A DNA stretch of 32,000 nt from contig NC_008818.1 in assembly GCF_000015145.1 (NCBI RefSeq), forward strand, positions 1,410,001-1,442,000, read 5' to 3'. The notes below the pieces were generated by a model. The model ran no database searches. It was given only the letters and a program-made list of their open reading frames with translations, and was not told the origin of the DNA. The position numbers and the translations under genes are program-made. Source of the DNA: Hyperthermus butylicus DSM 5456 (GTDB lineage Archaea; Thermoproteota; Thermoprotei_A; Sulfolobales; Pyrodictiaceae). Of this stretch, positions 1-9,204 are shown piece by piece (the stretch's first letter is position 1; every line of letters starts with the position of its first letter).

Positions 1-484
1 CGCGGTGCTGTCGTGCGGCTTCCCGGAGCCTCGATGGTGTTGCTGTTCGCGGGTTCCAGTGTTTGCAGTCCACTACGATGCCTAGCTTTGCTGGGGGGTC
101 GAGCCCTAGCACGTCTACTTCTAGGCCTCCCTTTCCTGGCACCCTGAGGCTGCGGTAAACCGTGTAGCCCGCCTCCTCGAGCGCCTTGGCTGTATAGTCT
201 TCGAACATTTTCCAGTCGAGGCTCCTAGCTACGATGGTCTCGGAGGCCCCGTTCTTCACGGCGGCTATTGCCAGCTCGACAGGGTCGTGAAGACACACTA
301 CGCCCTCTTCGATGGTTATGGCGCTTGTCGCCTTGGCAAGTGTTTGGAGGGCGTTTTCCACCACTATGGGTCGTAGGAAGGCCTTCTCGGCTATCTCTGT
401 GACCGGCTTGCAGCCCTGTGGCGATAGCTCGGAGAGGATTATCGTGGCTAGCGCTGAGACTGTTAGTTTGTGCCGGCACGGCAC
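1..484 (-). CDS. PD-(D/E)XK (Mrr/Hjc-like) nuclease-fold protein, partial, runs off left edge
   Basis: Manual translation of the reverse strand from GTG at 484 gives an uninterrupted frame: (V)PCRHKLTVSALATIILSELSPQGCKPVTEIAEKAFLRPIVVENALQTLAKATSAITIEEGVVCLHDPVELAIAAVKNGASETIVARSLDWKMFEDYTAKALEEAGYTVYRSLRVPGKGGLEVDVLGLDPPAKLGIVVDCKHWNP... The E-V-D...V-D-C-K-H-W pattern matches a restriction-endonuclease-like core. The frame is absent from the ORF track because it is open at the edge. Confidence 0.8.
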   Translation of the reverse strand, partial: MPCRHKLTVSALATIILSELSPQGCKPVTEIAEKAFLRPIVVENALQTLAKATSAITIEEGVVCLHDPVELAIAAVKNGASETIVARSLDWKMFEDYTAKALEEAGYTVYRSLRVPGKGGLEVDVLGLDPPAKLGIVVDCKHWNPRTATPSRLREAARQHR

Positions 485-534
485 CCCCTTAGCCCCCGAG
501 CTTGGGGCTAGGATTTATCCGGGCTGCCTGGGCT

Positions 535-1587
535 GTGAGGGTTGAACTCGTCTGGTTCGACTCGCTGGGCGCCAAGGGTGCCTCCGTGCTCGTGGAGGCC
601 TGTGGGCACCGGGTCGTCATAGACCCGGGCGTTGCCGTTATGCATCCCTCCTTCCCGGCGAGCCGTGAGGCCAAGGAGGAGTGGTACCGTGAGGGCCTCG
701 GCCGCGTCATGGAGGCGCTGAAGAGGGCTGACATAGTTGTAGTGACACATTACCATCATGACCACTACCTCTACCGGCCCGAGCACATAAGCCTCTACCT
801 GGGCAAGACGCTTTACGCGAAGAACCCAAACATCTACGTTAACGAGTCCCAGCACGAGAGAGCCCTAGAATTCTACTCTATGCTCTACCGCTTAGCCGGC
901 ATCGGAGACCACCTAGAGGAGCCAGCACTAGATCCAAACGATATTCCCGACCCTCTGGACTCTCTCCTCGAGGCTCGTTCGCGCAGCTTCCCAGGCTACG
1001 ATAAGCGTAGGAGGGAACTCCTAGAGAGGGGACGCGGGTGGTTCAAGCGCCTCGTTGGGAGATGGGCTAGCTGGAGGTGGATACGTAGCCTAGAGGCGAA
1101 TGGGCTCCATGTAGTGTGGGCTGACGGAGAGGTCTTCGAGCATGGCTGCTTAAGGCTCCGCTTCACAGGCCCCCTATTCCACGGTGTGGAGTACACTAGG
1201 GTAGGCTGGGTTATCGGCGTCATAGTGGAGGCTGGGAGGCGTAGGCTCTTCTACAGCTCCGACGTCAACGGCCCCGTCATAGAAGACTATGCCTCCATGA
1301 TAATAGAGGCGGCACCGGACACGCTGATCCTCGATGGGCCTCCAACATACCTCCTTGGCTACATGCTCAACCGGGTAAACCTCAGCAGAGCTATCGAGAA
1401 CGCCGTGAGAATAGTCTCCGAGACGACCAGGCTTGAAACCGTGGTCTACGACCACCACCTGGCAAGGGAGCCCCGGTTCCGAGAAAGAGCAGCACCCGTA
1501 TGGGAAGTCGCGAAACGCAGGGGTGTCAAGCTGGCAACAGCTGCAGAACACATGGGACTCGTTCCAGCCGTACTACGTAGAGCCTAG
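535..1587 (+). CDS. MBL-fold metallo-hydrolase, UPF0282-like
   Basis: The ORF contains the metallo-beta-lactamase motif THYHHDH plus LFYSSDVNG and VVYDHHL. The start is more likely GTG at 535 (VRVELVWFDSLGAKG) than the listed 502. Confidence 0.88.
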   Translation: MRVELVWFDSLGAKGASVLVEACGHRVVIDPGVAVMHPSFPASREAKEEWYREGLGRVMEALKRADIVVVTHYHHDHYLYRPEHISLYLGKTLYAKNPNIYVNESQHERALEFYSMLYRLAGIGDHLEEPALDPNDIPDPLDSLLEARSRSFPGYDKRRRELLERGRGWFKRLVGRWASWRWIRSLEANGLHVVWADGEVFEHGCLRLRFTGPLFHGVEYTRVGWVIGVIVEAGRRRLFYSSDVNGPVIEDYASMIIEAAPDTLILDGPPTYLLGYMLNRVNLSRAIENAVRIVSETTRLETVVYDHHLAREPRFRERAAPVWEVAKRRGVKLATAAEHMGLVPAVLRRA

Positions 1588-2132
1588 CCGCCACCCCCAC
1601 CAACCCCATCTCTTCCGGGATAGAGTTCCCCTAGAGCACCAAGCATGTCCTTCCCATAGTGGACATGTGTTGAGCTGGTCGCTGTGTACTCCTGGAGAGT
1701 GCTTATTGGTCAACATGCTGGTGGCGTTTTGCTGGTTGTTGTTTGTAGGTTGGCTCTAGAGCACGCCGTCCCAGGAATAATGTGGCAGATGCGTGAGGCT
1801 TCCCGCGCTATAGCGTCGTGGGCCATCTTCTTGGTGGCAGTATTTTTGGCTCTGCCCTCCCGCGTAAGGTTTGCATGGAGTCTGAGCGCTTGCTGCCCGG
1901 GGGCTGTGGGGCTGGCCAGTTGTGGCGAAGATTCTCGCGGTTGCACGCTATGTACTTGTTGAGGGGCTGCGTGGTGGTGACCGTGGACAACCATGTCCAC
2001 GGTATAGCAGTGCTATCAGCTAGGATACTATCCATAGAGCTAGAAAGGCTTCTCCAGGAGCTAAGCCTAATCTACAACACAGTCATAGTCCAAGCATACA
2101 CCTACACCTAGGCCTCAGAGGGCTGATGTTCC

Positions 2133-2828
2133 TTGACCGAGCCCATACTAGTGCTGGACAATGTGTGGAAACGTATCGCAGGCACAGCTGTGCTCCGCGG
2201 CGTGAGCCTCGAGGCCCGCGCTGGCTGGCTTATAGTTGTGCGCGGAAGGAGCGGTATGGAGAAAACCACCCTCGCGAGGATAGCTGTGCTCCTCGACGTA
2301 CCCGACCAGGGCACGGTCATACTGCTTGGAAGGAGGATGGAGAGCCTAGGCGACTCTACACGGGCCAAGCTTCGCCTCAGATACATAGGCTACGTAGACC
2401 AGTTCTACACCCTCGTAGAGCACCTCACAGTATGGGAGAACGTGGAGCTGCCCCTGCGCCTCATGGGCATACCCCGGAGCGAGCGCGCCGCGAGGGTGAG
2501 AGAGGCAATACGCCTCATAGGCCTTGAGGAGCGCAAGCCAGGCCAGCTCACTGGTGGGCAGAGACAACGCGTAGCCATAGCACGAGCGCTAGCAAAGAAG
2601 CCCCGGCTGATAATAGCTGACGAACCCTTCTCGAACCTCGACCAGGAGGCCGAAGAGCAGGTCCTCGAAGCACTGAGGAGCCATGCCAGAGAGGGTAACG
2701 CCGTGATCATAACCGCTAAGGACCTCCTCCGGGACTATCGAGCAGTCCACGACTACACATTATCCAGTGGCATCCTCACTCCCACCGCACAATGTGGAAC
2801 AAGAAAAACTGTCCCTGCCACCAGATAA
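2133..2828 (+). CDS. ABC transporter ATP-binding protein (LolD/MacB-like), orphan, atypical Walker A
   Basis: LTGGQRQRVAIARAL signature and LIIADEPFSNLD Walker B are present. Walker A reads GRSGMEKTT instead of GxSGxGKTT. TTG start. Confidence 0.9.
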   Translation: MTEPILVLDNVWKRIAGTAVLRGVSLEARAGWLIVVRGRSGMEKTTLARIAVLLDVPDQGTVILLGRRMESLGDSTRAKLRLRYIGYVDQFYTLVEHLTVWENVELPLRLMGIPRSERAARVREAIRLIGLEERKPGQLTGGQRQRVAIARALAKKPRLIIADEPFSNLDQEAEEQVLEALRSHAREGNAVIITAKDLLRDYRAVHDYTLSSGILTPTAQCGTRKTVPATR

Positions 2829-3142
2829 TCCACCACGGAGGGGGTTAGCCTGCGGCTAGTAAGCCTGGAGATGTTGTTGCAACTGTGCTAGCTGGTGGCA
2901 CAGTGTGCGCCGCGTGTTTCTCCTCATGAAGTGCTGGCGGCGCTACATACAGAGCTACTCCCACGGTAGCAGCCACCTATCCCGCAACCCCCGTCTGAGA
3001 TTCCTCACTTGGGCATCTAGCTATGTTGTAACACCAGAATCTATCGGCTCCCACTAGCATGCCTTGCAGCTAGAAGGGGGGTGGATGAGCCGCCAGACTA
3101 TTCACAGTGTTCATCGCTAAATAGGTCATGGGCGGCTTCGGG

Positions 3143-3928
3143 ATGGTTTGTAGGGTGGTTGTTGGCTGTTGCGGGTTCCCCTTCGCCCGGGCAAGGTATT
3201 TCCAGACATACCGTAGCGTTGAGGTGCAGCAGACCTTCTACGATCCGCCTAGCGTTGATACCCTTAGGAGATGGAGGGAGGAGGCGCCGGAGGGCTTCGT
3301 ATTCCACGTGAAGGCTTGGCAGGCCGTGACGCATAGTAGGAGGAGCCCGACGTGGCGGAGGATAAAGCGTAGCCTCCCCGGAAACCTGGATAACTATGGC
3401 CTCCTCCGCCCCACGGAGGAGAACAGGTGGGCGTGGAGGGTAACACTAGAGACTGCAGAGGCCCTAGGGGCGGAGTACATCGTGCTCCAGACGCCCCCGA
3501 GCCTGGGCTACAGCCCTGAGAACGCACAGCGCATAGAGGAGTTCCTCTCCTGGGCAGTTGGGGAGGCCAGGGGCTTCAAGGTTGGCTGGGAGCCGCGTGG
3601 AGACTGGCACGAGCACCCCGAGGAGCTCAAGAGGATACTCTGTAGCGCCCGCGTGGTACACATTGTTGACCCGTTCCGCCGCCAGCCGATAATCTGTGAC
3701 TGGCAGAGGGAGACATACTTCCGGCTCCACGGCATAGGCGGTGGCGAGGTGAACTACCGGTACCGCTACACAGACCAGGACCACGAGAAACTAGCAGAGA
3801 CAATCGCGAAGCTCATAGACGAGTACGGCCTAGAGAAGGTATACGTGATGTTTAACAACGTCTACATGGGCCAGGACGCTGCAAGGTTCCGAGAGGTGGC
3901 AAGGCAGAAGGGCTTGAACGTGTGCTAG
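3143..3928 (+). CDS. DUF72 (YecE-like) family protein
   Basis: VVVGCCGFPFARARYFQTYRSVEVQQTFYDPP...FHVKAWQAVTH...YVMFNNVYMGQDAARF is typical DUF72. The ATG at 3143 fits a TATA-like ctaaatag at 3116-3123 (leaderless mRNA). Confidence 0.88.
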   Translation: MVCRVVVGCCGFPFARARYFQTYRSVEVQQTFYDPPSVDTLRRWREEAPEGFVFHVKAWQAVTHSRRSPTWRRIKRSLPGNLDNYGLLRPTEENRWAWRVTLETAEALGAEYIVLQTPPSLGYSPENAQRIEEFLSWAVGEARGFKVGWEPRGDWHEHPEELKRILCSARVVHIVDPFRRQPIICDWQRETYFRLHGIGGGEVNYRYRYTDQDHEKLAETIAKLIDEYGLEKVYVMFNNVYMGQDAARFREVARQKGLNVC

Positions 3929-4147
3929 GCTGTATATAAGCAGGATCTCCTCCTTGTGGAGGGTTTCATTGTTCCTCTCAGCTTCTCAATAATGGCCCTA
4001 GAAGCTCCGGCTGGAACAGCCGAGAATACCTGGTCGGCTAAAGTAGTCCTCTAAAGCTATAGGCCGGGAATGGTTATCACTATAACCCTGCTGGCTCAGC
4101 TAGGCGGCTGCCTTGCATGTTATTGACATGCTGGAGCCTAACAAGTG

Positions 4148-4156
4148 TTTATATAC
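4148..4156 (+). promoter_or_regulatory. Candidate archaeal TATA box for the nucleotide-sugar gene cluster
   Basis: The sequence acaagtgTTTATATACtg lies about 45 nt upstream of the TTG start at 4198. Confidence 0.55.
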
Positions 4157-4197
4157 TGTGGTGTAGAGGATTGTAGCTGTAGCTAGGGGCTTCCCGT

Positions 4198-5316
4198 TTG
4201 GGCTCTACCAGCTTTATCCCAGTCGCTAGGCCGCTTCTCGGCGAGGAGGAGTTTGAGGCTGTCCGTAGGGTTCTCGAGTCCGGCATCCTCGCTCACGGGC
4301 CTGAGGTCGAGGCCTTCGAGAGGGAGTTCGCCGAGTTTGTCGGTGTGGATTACGCTGTAGCAGTGGCTAATGGCACTGCTGCGCTGGACCTCATACTCAA
4401 GGCTTACCGTATCCGCGAGGGCGACGAAGTCATAACGACGCCTTTCAGCTTCATAGCTACCGCGAACGCCATTCTCTACCAGGGCGCCAGACCAGTCTTC
4501 GCCGATATAGACCCAGAGACCTACAACCTAGATCCGGACAAGGTGCTCGAGCTGATAACGCCCAGAACACGGGCAATAATAGTTGTGCATCTCTACGGCC
4601 ACCCTGCGGACATGAAGGCTTTCAGGAAGATAGCCGAAGATCACAAGCTAATACTCATTGAGGATGCAGCGCAGGCCCACGGAGCCGAGTATCGTGGAAG
4701 GATTGTTGGCTCGCTCGGCGACGCAGCGGCCTTCAGCTTCTATGCCACGAAGAACATGACGACGGGGGAGGGCGGCATGGTTACTACTAATGACCGGAGG
4801 GTGGCTGAGAGGATTAGGATGCTCCGGGACCACGGGCAGGCCGAGAAGTACCTACACGTGGAGCTTGGCTACAATCTCCGGATGACGAATATAGCGGCTG
4901 CTATTGGGAGGGTTCAGCTCCGCAGACTCCCCCAGCTCAATAGTCGTCGCCGCGAAAACGCTGAAGTTATGACGAGGATTCTCAGCCGCGTGAAGGGTAT
5001 CGTGCCGCCTATAGAGAAGCCTTGGGCTCGCCACGTGTACCACCAGTACGTGATACGGGTTACTAGCAGCTACCCCTACACCCGGGATGAGCTAGCCAAG
5101 CTGTTGAGGGAGAGGGGTATAGGTACGGCAGTCCACTACCCCAGGATCATACCGGATCAGCCGCTATACCAGAGCCTCGGCATAGGCTGCCCGAGGGGCT
5201 GCCCGGAGGCTAGGAGGGCTGCCAGGGAGGTTCTCAGCCTCCCCGTGCACCCCCATGTGTCGCGGGAGCAGGCCGAAATGATTGCCCGCACTATAGCTGA
5301 GCTAGGGAGGAGCTAG
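4198..5316 (+). CDS. DegT/DnrJ/EryC1/StrS aminotransferase, WbpE-like (UDP-3-keto-GlcNAcA aminotransferase)
   Basis: FIPVARPLLGEEEFEAV, VANGTAALDLILKA, LIEDAAQAHGAEYRGRIVGSLGDAAAFSFYATKNMTTGEGGMVTT and the C-terminal YPRIIPDQPLY. Genomic context with the next two genes supports the WbpE-like role. Confidence 0.9.
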   Translation: MGSTSFIPVARPLLGEEEFEAVRRVLESGILAHGPEVEAFEREFAEFVGVDYAVAVANGTAALDLILKAYRIREGDEVITTPFSFIATANAILYQGARPVFADIDPETYNLDPDKVLELITPRTRAIIVVHLYGHPADMKAFRKIAEDHKLILIEDAAQAHGAEYRGRIVGSLGDAAAFSFYATKNMTTGEGGMVTTNDRRVAERIRMLRDHGQAEKYLHVELGYNLRMTNIAAAIGRVQLRRLPQLNSRRRENAEVMTRILSRVKGIVPPIEKPWARHVYHQYVIRVTSSYPYTRDELAKLLRERGIGTAVHYPRIIPDQPLYQSLGIGCPRGCPEARRAAREVLSLPVHPHVSREQAEMIARTIAELGRS

Positions 5317-5319
5317 GCC

Positions 5320-6348
5320 TTGGTGCTACGGGTTGCAGTTGTCGGAGCAGGATACATGGGTACAGCTCACGCCAGGGTTTTGGCCCGTATCGCCGATGAG
5401 CATCCCGGCCTAGTAGAGCTGGCATACGTGGTGGATGTTGACCCGGAGAGGGCGCGCCGGGTAGCGGCAAGGTATGGTGGTAAACCCGTCCAGAGCGTTA
5501 GGGGAATGGGCGAGGTTGACCTGGCAATAGTATCCACCCCCACCGAGACCCATCTGGCCGTGTTCCGTGAGCTGCTCGGCAAGACCCGGGCAGTTCTCGT
5601 GGAGAAGCCCATGGCTTCAAGCCTTAGCGAGGCAGTAGAGATGCTTACACTTGCGCGGGAGCATGGTGTCTGGCTCGCTGTTGGCCACATAGAGCGCTTC
5701 AACCCTGCTGTGAGGGCTCTCCACGAGAGGGTCGCGCGGAGAGAGCTAGGCGACATACTAACTATCGTAGCGCGCCGCGTTGGCCCCTTCGCTCCACGGG
5801 CACAGAACACCGACGTAGTCTACGACCTCGGAGTACACGAGGTGGACAACGCCCTGGTAGTCTACAGGGGGCTCCCCGAGACTGTGCGCTCCTACACCCT
5901 CGGGGGTCTAGTATCCAGGCTCACCGACTACGCGCTCATAATACTAGGATACGGCGAGGGCTTCGCGAGCATAGAGGTTAACAGGATAACGCCGTTCAAG
6001 CAGAGAATGCTCTACCTAACAACACGGGCAGCGGTAGCATACCTGGACTACATGGAGCAAGTGCTCCGGATACACCGCGGCCACGAGGAGGCAACAGTAG
6101 TGATAAGGAGGGAGGAGCCGCTCTACCTCGAAGACCTGGCTGTGGTGTCCAGGTTTGCCAGCGGCGAGGAGCCTGACGTGGACGGCTACCAGGGCTTCCT
6201 AGCGCTCTACGTCTGCGAGCTGGCGCTGGAGTCGAGGCTCCAGCGCCGCGACATCGATGCAAGGGACAATAAGCTCTACAGCCACTACCAGGACCTCGTC
6301 GAGGAGGGGCTGCGCCGCCTCAAAGCCTACACCGATAAGCTTGCATAA
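5320..6348 (+). CDS. Gfo/Idh/MocA family oxidoreductase, WbpB-like
   Basis: N-terminal Rossmann fold VAVVGAGYMGTAHARVL and VLVEKPMASSLSEAVEM. GGAGGAG ribosome-binding-like site precedes TTG/GTG at 5320/5323. Confidence 0.9.
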   Translation: MVLRVAVVGAGYMGTAHARVLARIADEHPGLVELAYVVDVDPERARRVAARYGGKPVQSVRGMGEVDLAIVSTPTETHLAVFRELLGKTRAVLVEKPMASSLSEAVEMLTLAREHGVWLAVGHIERFNPAVRALHERVARRELGDILTIVARRVGPFAPRAQNTDVVYDLGVHEVDNALVVYRGLPETVRSYTLGGLVSRLTDYALIILGYGEGFASIEVNRITPFKQRMLYLTTRAAVAYLDYMEQVLRIHRGHEEATVVIRREEPLYLEDLAVVSRFASGEEPDVDGYQGFLALYVCELALESRLQRRDIDARDNKLYSHYQDLVEEGLRRLKAYTDKLA

Positions 6349-6372
6349 CCCTACTGTGGGGGATCCCTGGGC

Positions 6373-7092
6373 ATGGTTGTGTATGGCTACGTCTCCAGCT
6401 CGGCCAGGATTCTCTCAAGCCTTGTCTCTTTCGGTGCAGTAATTCTTGGCCCTACACTAGTCGGCGAGGACACGATTATCGACCCTAGCGTGATCGTAGG
6501 CTACCCGTCAAGGGCCAGCCTGCGCCGCCTCCTCGGGGAGGAACGTGGGCTCCGGGGGCTAGAGCTGCTAGATGTTGCTAGTAGCGGTGCCAGGATTGGG
6601 AGGAGTTGCCATTTGAGGGCTGGCACTGTTATCTACGAGAGGGTCGTTATAGGTGACAGAGTGCAGACCGGCCACCATGTCATCATAAGGGAGGACACGG
6701 TTATAGGTGATGGGACCGCTGTCGGAACCGCTACGGTTATCGATGGCCGTGTGAGGATAGGGAGAAACGTCCGGATAGAGACAGGCGTCTACATACCACC
6801 GGAGACAGTTATCGGAAACAACGTGTTCATAGGTCCTCGGGCAGTTTTCACCAACGACAAGTACCCTCCGTCGAGGAGGCTGCAGGGAGCAATAGTAGAG
6901 GACGGCGCAGTAATAGGGGCTAACGCGGTGATACTACCAGGTGTCCGGATAGGCCGCAACGCCGTCGTGGCAGCTGGAAGCGTCGTGACGAGAGATGTGC
7001 CGCCAGGCACGGTTGTAGCCGGAGTGCCAGCGAGACCCATAGCAAGCCGCGACGAATACGAGGAGAAGAAACGCCGCTGGGAAGGAGCATAG
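6373..7092 (+). CDS. Left-handed beta-helix (hexapeptide) N-acetyltransferase, WbpD-like
   Basis: Repeated hexapeptide motifs (VIGDRVQTGHHVIIREDTVIGDGTAVG..., IGPRAVFTNDKYPPSRR, AVIGANAVILPGVRIGRNAVVAAGSVVTRDVPPGTVVAGVPARP). Confidence 0.92.
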   Translation: MVVYGYVSSSARILSSLVSFGAVILGPTLVGEDTIIDPSVIVGYPSRASLRRLLGEERGLRGLELLDVASSGARIGRSCHLRAGTVIYERVVIGDRVQTGHHVIIREDTVIGDGTAVGTATVIDGRVRIGRNVRIETGVYIPPETVIGNNVFIGPRAVFTNDKYPPSRRLQGAIVEDGAVIGANAVILPGVRIGRNAVVAAGSVVTRDVPPGTVVAGVPARPIASRDEYEEKKRRWEGA

Positions 7093-7179
7093 AATCCATG
7101 CCCGGAGCGGCCCGGACGGAATCCCAACTATATGAAAAGACGTTCGGCAAGGAAATCAATGTCTAAGTGTGGAGATGGG

Positions 7180-8067
7180 TTACTCCCTCTTGTAGGGTAT
7201 GCCTACATGTCTTGGTGGCTTGACCTTCCCTAGCACTCCTGCTACTGCTGCCAGCGTGACTATGTATGGTATCGTGTTTAGCAGCGTATCGGGGACAACA
7301 GCCTTCACGGCAGGCATCGTTTTGACCCACTCACGGAGAGTGTCGAAGAACCCGAAGAGAGCCGCTCCACCGAGGGCGCGTAGGGGGTTCCAGTTGCTAA
7401 ACACTACTAGTGCCAGGGCTATGAAGCCCCTACCAGCCGCTATCTCCTTCGTCACTGTTGAGAGCCAGTCGAGGCTCATGTAGGCGCCTGCAAGTCCTGC
7501 TAGAGAGGCGCCAGCTATTACTGCTAGAGCCTGCGTTCTCTCAACCCTGACACCCACCGTGTCCGCTGCTTCCGGGTTTTCGCCCACGCTGCGTATCTTC
7601 AGCCCGGTTGGGGTCTTGAATAGTAGGTACCAGAGCAGCGGGGACAATACTATCGCGAAAAGTGTTATCGGGCTGAGGCCAGCCATGTGGGGTACCCTTG
7701 CATAGCTTGGCACTTGATAGTGGCCAGCGCTGTGCCAGTAGACTATCAGCGTGAAGGGTACCAGGCCGAGGGCTAGAGTGTTGATGCCCACCCCCGGGAT
7801 TATGTGGTCGCCCTTGAGGTATGCTGTGAGGATAGCGTGTAGAAGGCCTATCGCCGCGCCGACGCCTGTGCCTGCCGCTAGGCCGATCCACGGGCTGTGC
7901 GCTGCTTCGCCAGCCATTACGGCTACCAGGGCTCCAATCATTATTATGCCTTCGAGTCCTATGTTTACTACTCCAGCGCGTTCAGCGAGTATCTCGCCTA
8001 GAGCCGTGAGGAGTATTGGCGTCATAGCATTTAGGACGCCTAGGATGAAGAGTGTAAGAGTCTCCAC
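7180..8067 (-). CDS. ABC transporter permease, BMP/nucleoside-simple sugar family
   Basis: Multi-TM protein with ILAERAGVVNIGLEGIIMIGALVAVMAGE and SVGENPEAADTVGVRV. Confidence 0.92.
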   Translation of the reverse strand: METLTLFILGVLNAMTPILLTALGEILAERAGVVNIGLEGIIMIGALVAVMAGEAAHSPWIGLAAGTGVGAAIGLLHAILTAYLKGDHIIPGVGINTLALGLVPFTLIVYWHSAGHYQVPSYARVPHMAGLSPITLFAIVLSPLLWYLLFKTPTGLKIRSVGENPEAADTVGVRVERTQALAVIAGASLAGLAGAYMSLDWLSTVTKEIAAGRGFIALALVVFSNWNPLRALGGAALFGFFDTLREWVKTMPAVKAVVPDTLLNTIPYIVTLAAVAGVLGKVKPPRHVGIPYKRE

Positions 8068-8069
8068 GG

Positions 8070-9167
8070 TTACTCACCCCTGGCCTGTAGCTCTCTCAGC
8101 TCCTTCCTACGGCGCAGGTACTCCGAGAGCATATGGAACACCCCGGGTATTGCAAGGGCTATGATTATCACGCCCTCCACGATTCTAACCATCTCGAGTG
8201 GGATGCCAGCGAATATCTGCATGTACCTAGCGCCAGCCTTAAGCCCGCCAACAAAGAATGCTGCGAATATTATGCCTATGGGGTGGTTTGCTCCTATCAA
8301 TGCTACGGTGATGCCGTCGAATCCTAGCCCGTAGAGGTTGCTGAGCCCTGTCGTTATCGAGTAGTTCGGCGGTTTTCCTAGCACCTCGCCGGCACCAGCA
8401 AGCCCGGCGGCGATGCCGCCTATGAGGAAGGAGAGTATTACTGCTTTCTCAGGCTTTATGCCAGCATACCTTGCTGCTAGCGGGTTGAGGCCTGCTGCAC
8501 GCAGCTCATAGCCTTCAACGGTGTGCCATAGGAGGAAGTAGGTCAGCAGCGTAAAGGCGATGGATACTATTATTGCTAGTGAGAGTTCGGAGTGCGCCAT
8601 GAGTAGGGGTAGCCTCGCCTGCTCGGGTACGCTAACAGTCTTTGATGGATCCTCTGGGTTGTAGACAATGTACACCCTAAAGTACTCTACAACCCAGAAT
8701 GCTATCCAGTTAAGCATGATTGTTGATACTACCTCGTGTACACCCCTCTTAACCTTGAGTAATGCTGCAATCAATGCTAGGCCGACAGCTAGAATGACGC
8801 CCAGAGCGTACGCGGCAACTGTGCCGAGGGGCGAGTCGAGTGCTGGAACCCAGTTACGGGCTATCCAGGCTACGAGGACTGCGCCAAGGGCGCCTATGTA
8901 GAGCTGGCCTTCTGCGCCAATGTTGAAGAGGCCTGCCCGAACGCCGACCGCGAAGGTTATGCCGGTAAGCATTATTGGAGCTGCAGCGCTGAGGCTCGTA
9001 CTCAAACCATAGATGTCAAGGAAGCTCATCTCGAAGAGGCTGCGATACGCCTCCACCGGGTCGTAGCCACTCACATACACCACTATAGCTCCAACAAGCA
9101 AGCCTATTACTAGCGATAGCACGCTCTCGCCAAACCTTAGCAGGCCACGCCGCAGCCACTCCGGCAT
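8070..9167 (-). CDS. ABC transporter permease, BMP/nucleoside-simple sugar family
   Basis: ITFAVGVRAGLFNIGAEGQLYIGALGA and LRAAGLNPLAARYAGIKPEKAV. It starts 2 nt upstream of the partner permease. Confidence 0.92.
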   Translation of the reverse strand: MPEWLRRGLLRFGESVLSLVIGLLVGAIVVYVSGYDPVEAYRSLFEMSFLDIYGLSTSLSAAAPIMLTGITFAVGVRAGLFNIGAEGQLYIGALGAVLVAWIARNWVPALDSPLGTVAAYALGVILAVGLALIAALLKVKRGVHEVVSTIMLNWIAFWVVEYFRVYIVYNPEDPSKTVSVPEQARLPLLMAHSELSLAIIVSIAFTLLTYFLLWHTVEGYELRAAGLNPLAARYAGIKPEKAVILSFLIGGIAAGLAGAGEVLGKPPNYSITTGLSNLYGLGFDGITVALIGANHPIGIIFAAFFVGGLKAGARYMQIFAGIPLEMVRIVEGVIIIALAIPGVFHMLSEYLRRRKELRELQARGE

Positions 9168-9204
9168 GGAGCTAGGCTTGAACCGGGCGAGGCTAGCCAG
9201 CTTG

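Noticed and set aside
225-479. 84-aa minus-strand ORF in the track
   Set aside because: It is a shadow frame of the real minus-strand nuclease-like gene (1-484), which has coherent domain-like sequence.
5367-5810. 147-aa Ser/Thr/Arg-rich minus ORF
   Set aside because: Antisense to the Gfo/Idh gene, with a composition typical of GC-rich shadow ORFs.
7751-8164. + strand ORFs inside the permease genes
   Set aside because: The Thr/Pro/Arg-rich frames are antisense to highly conserved membrane permeases.
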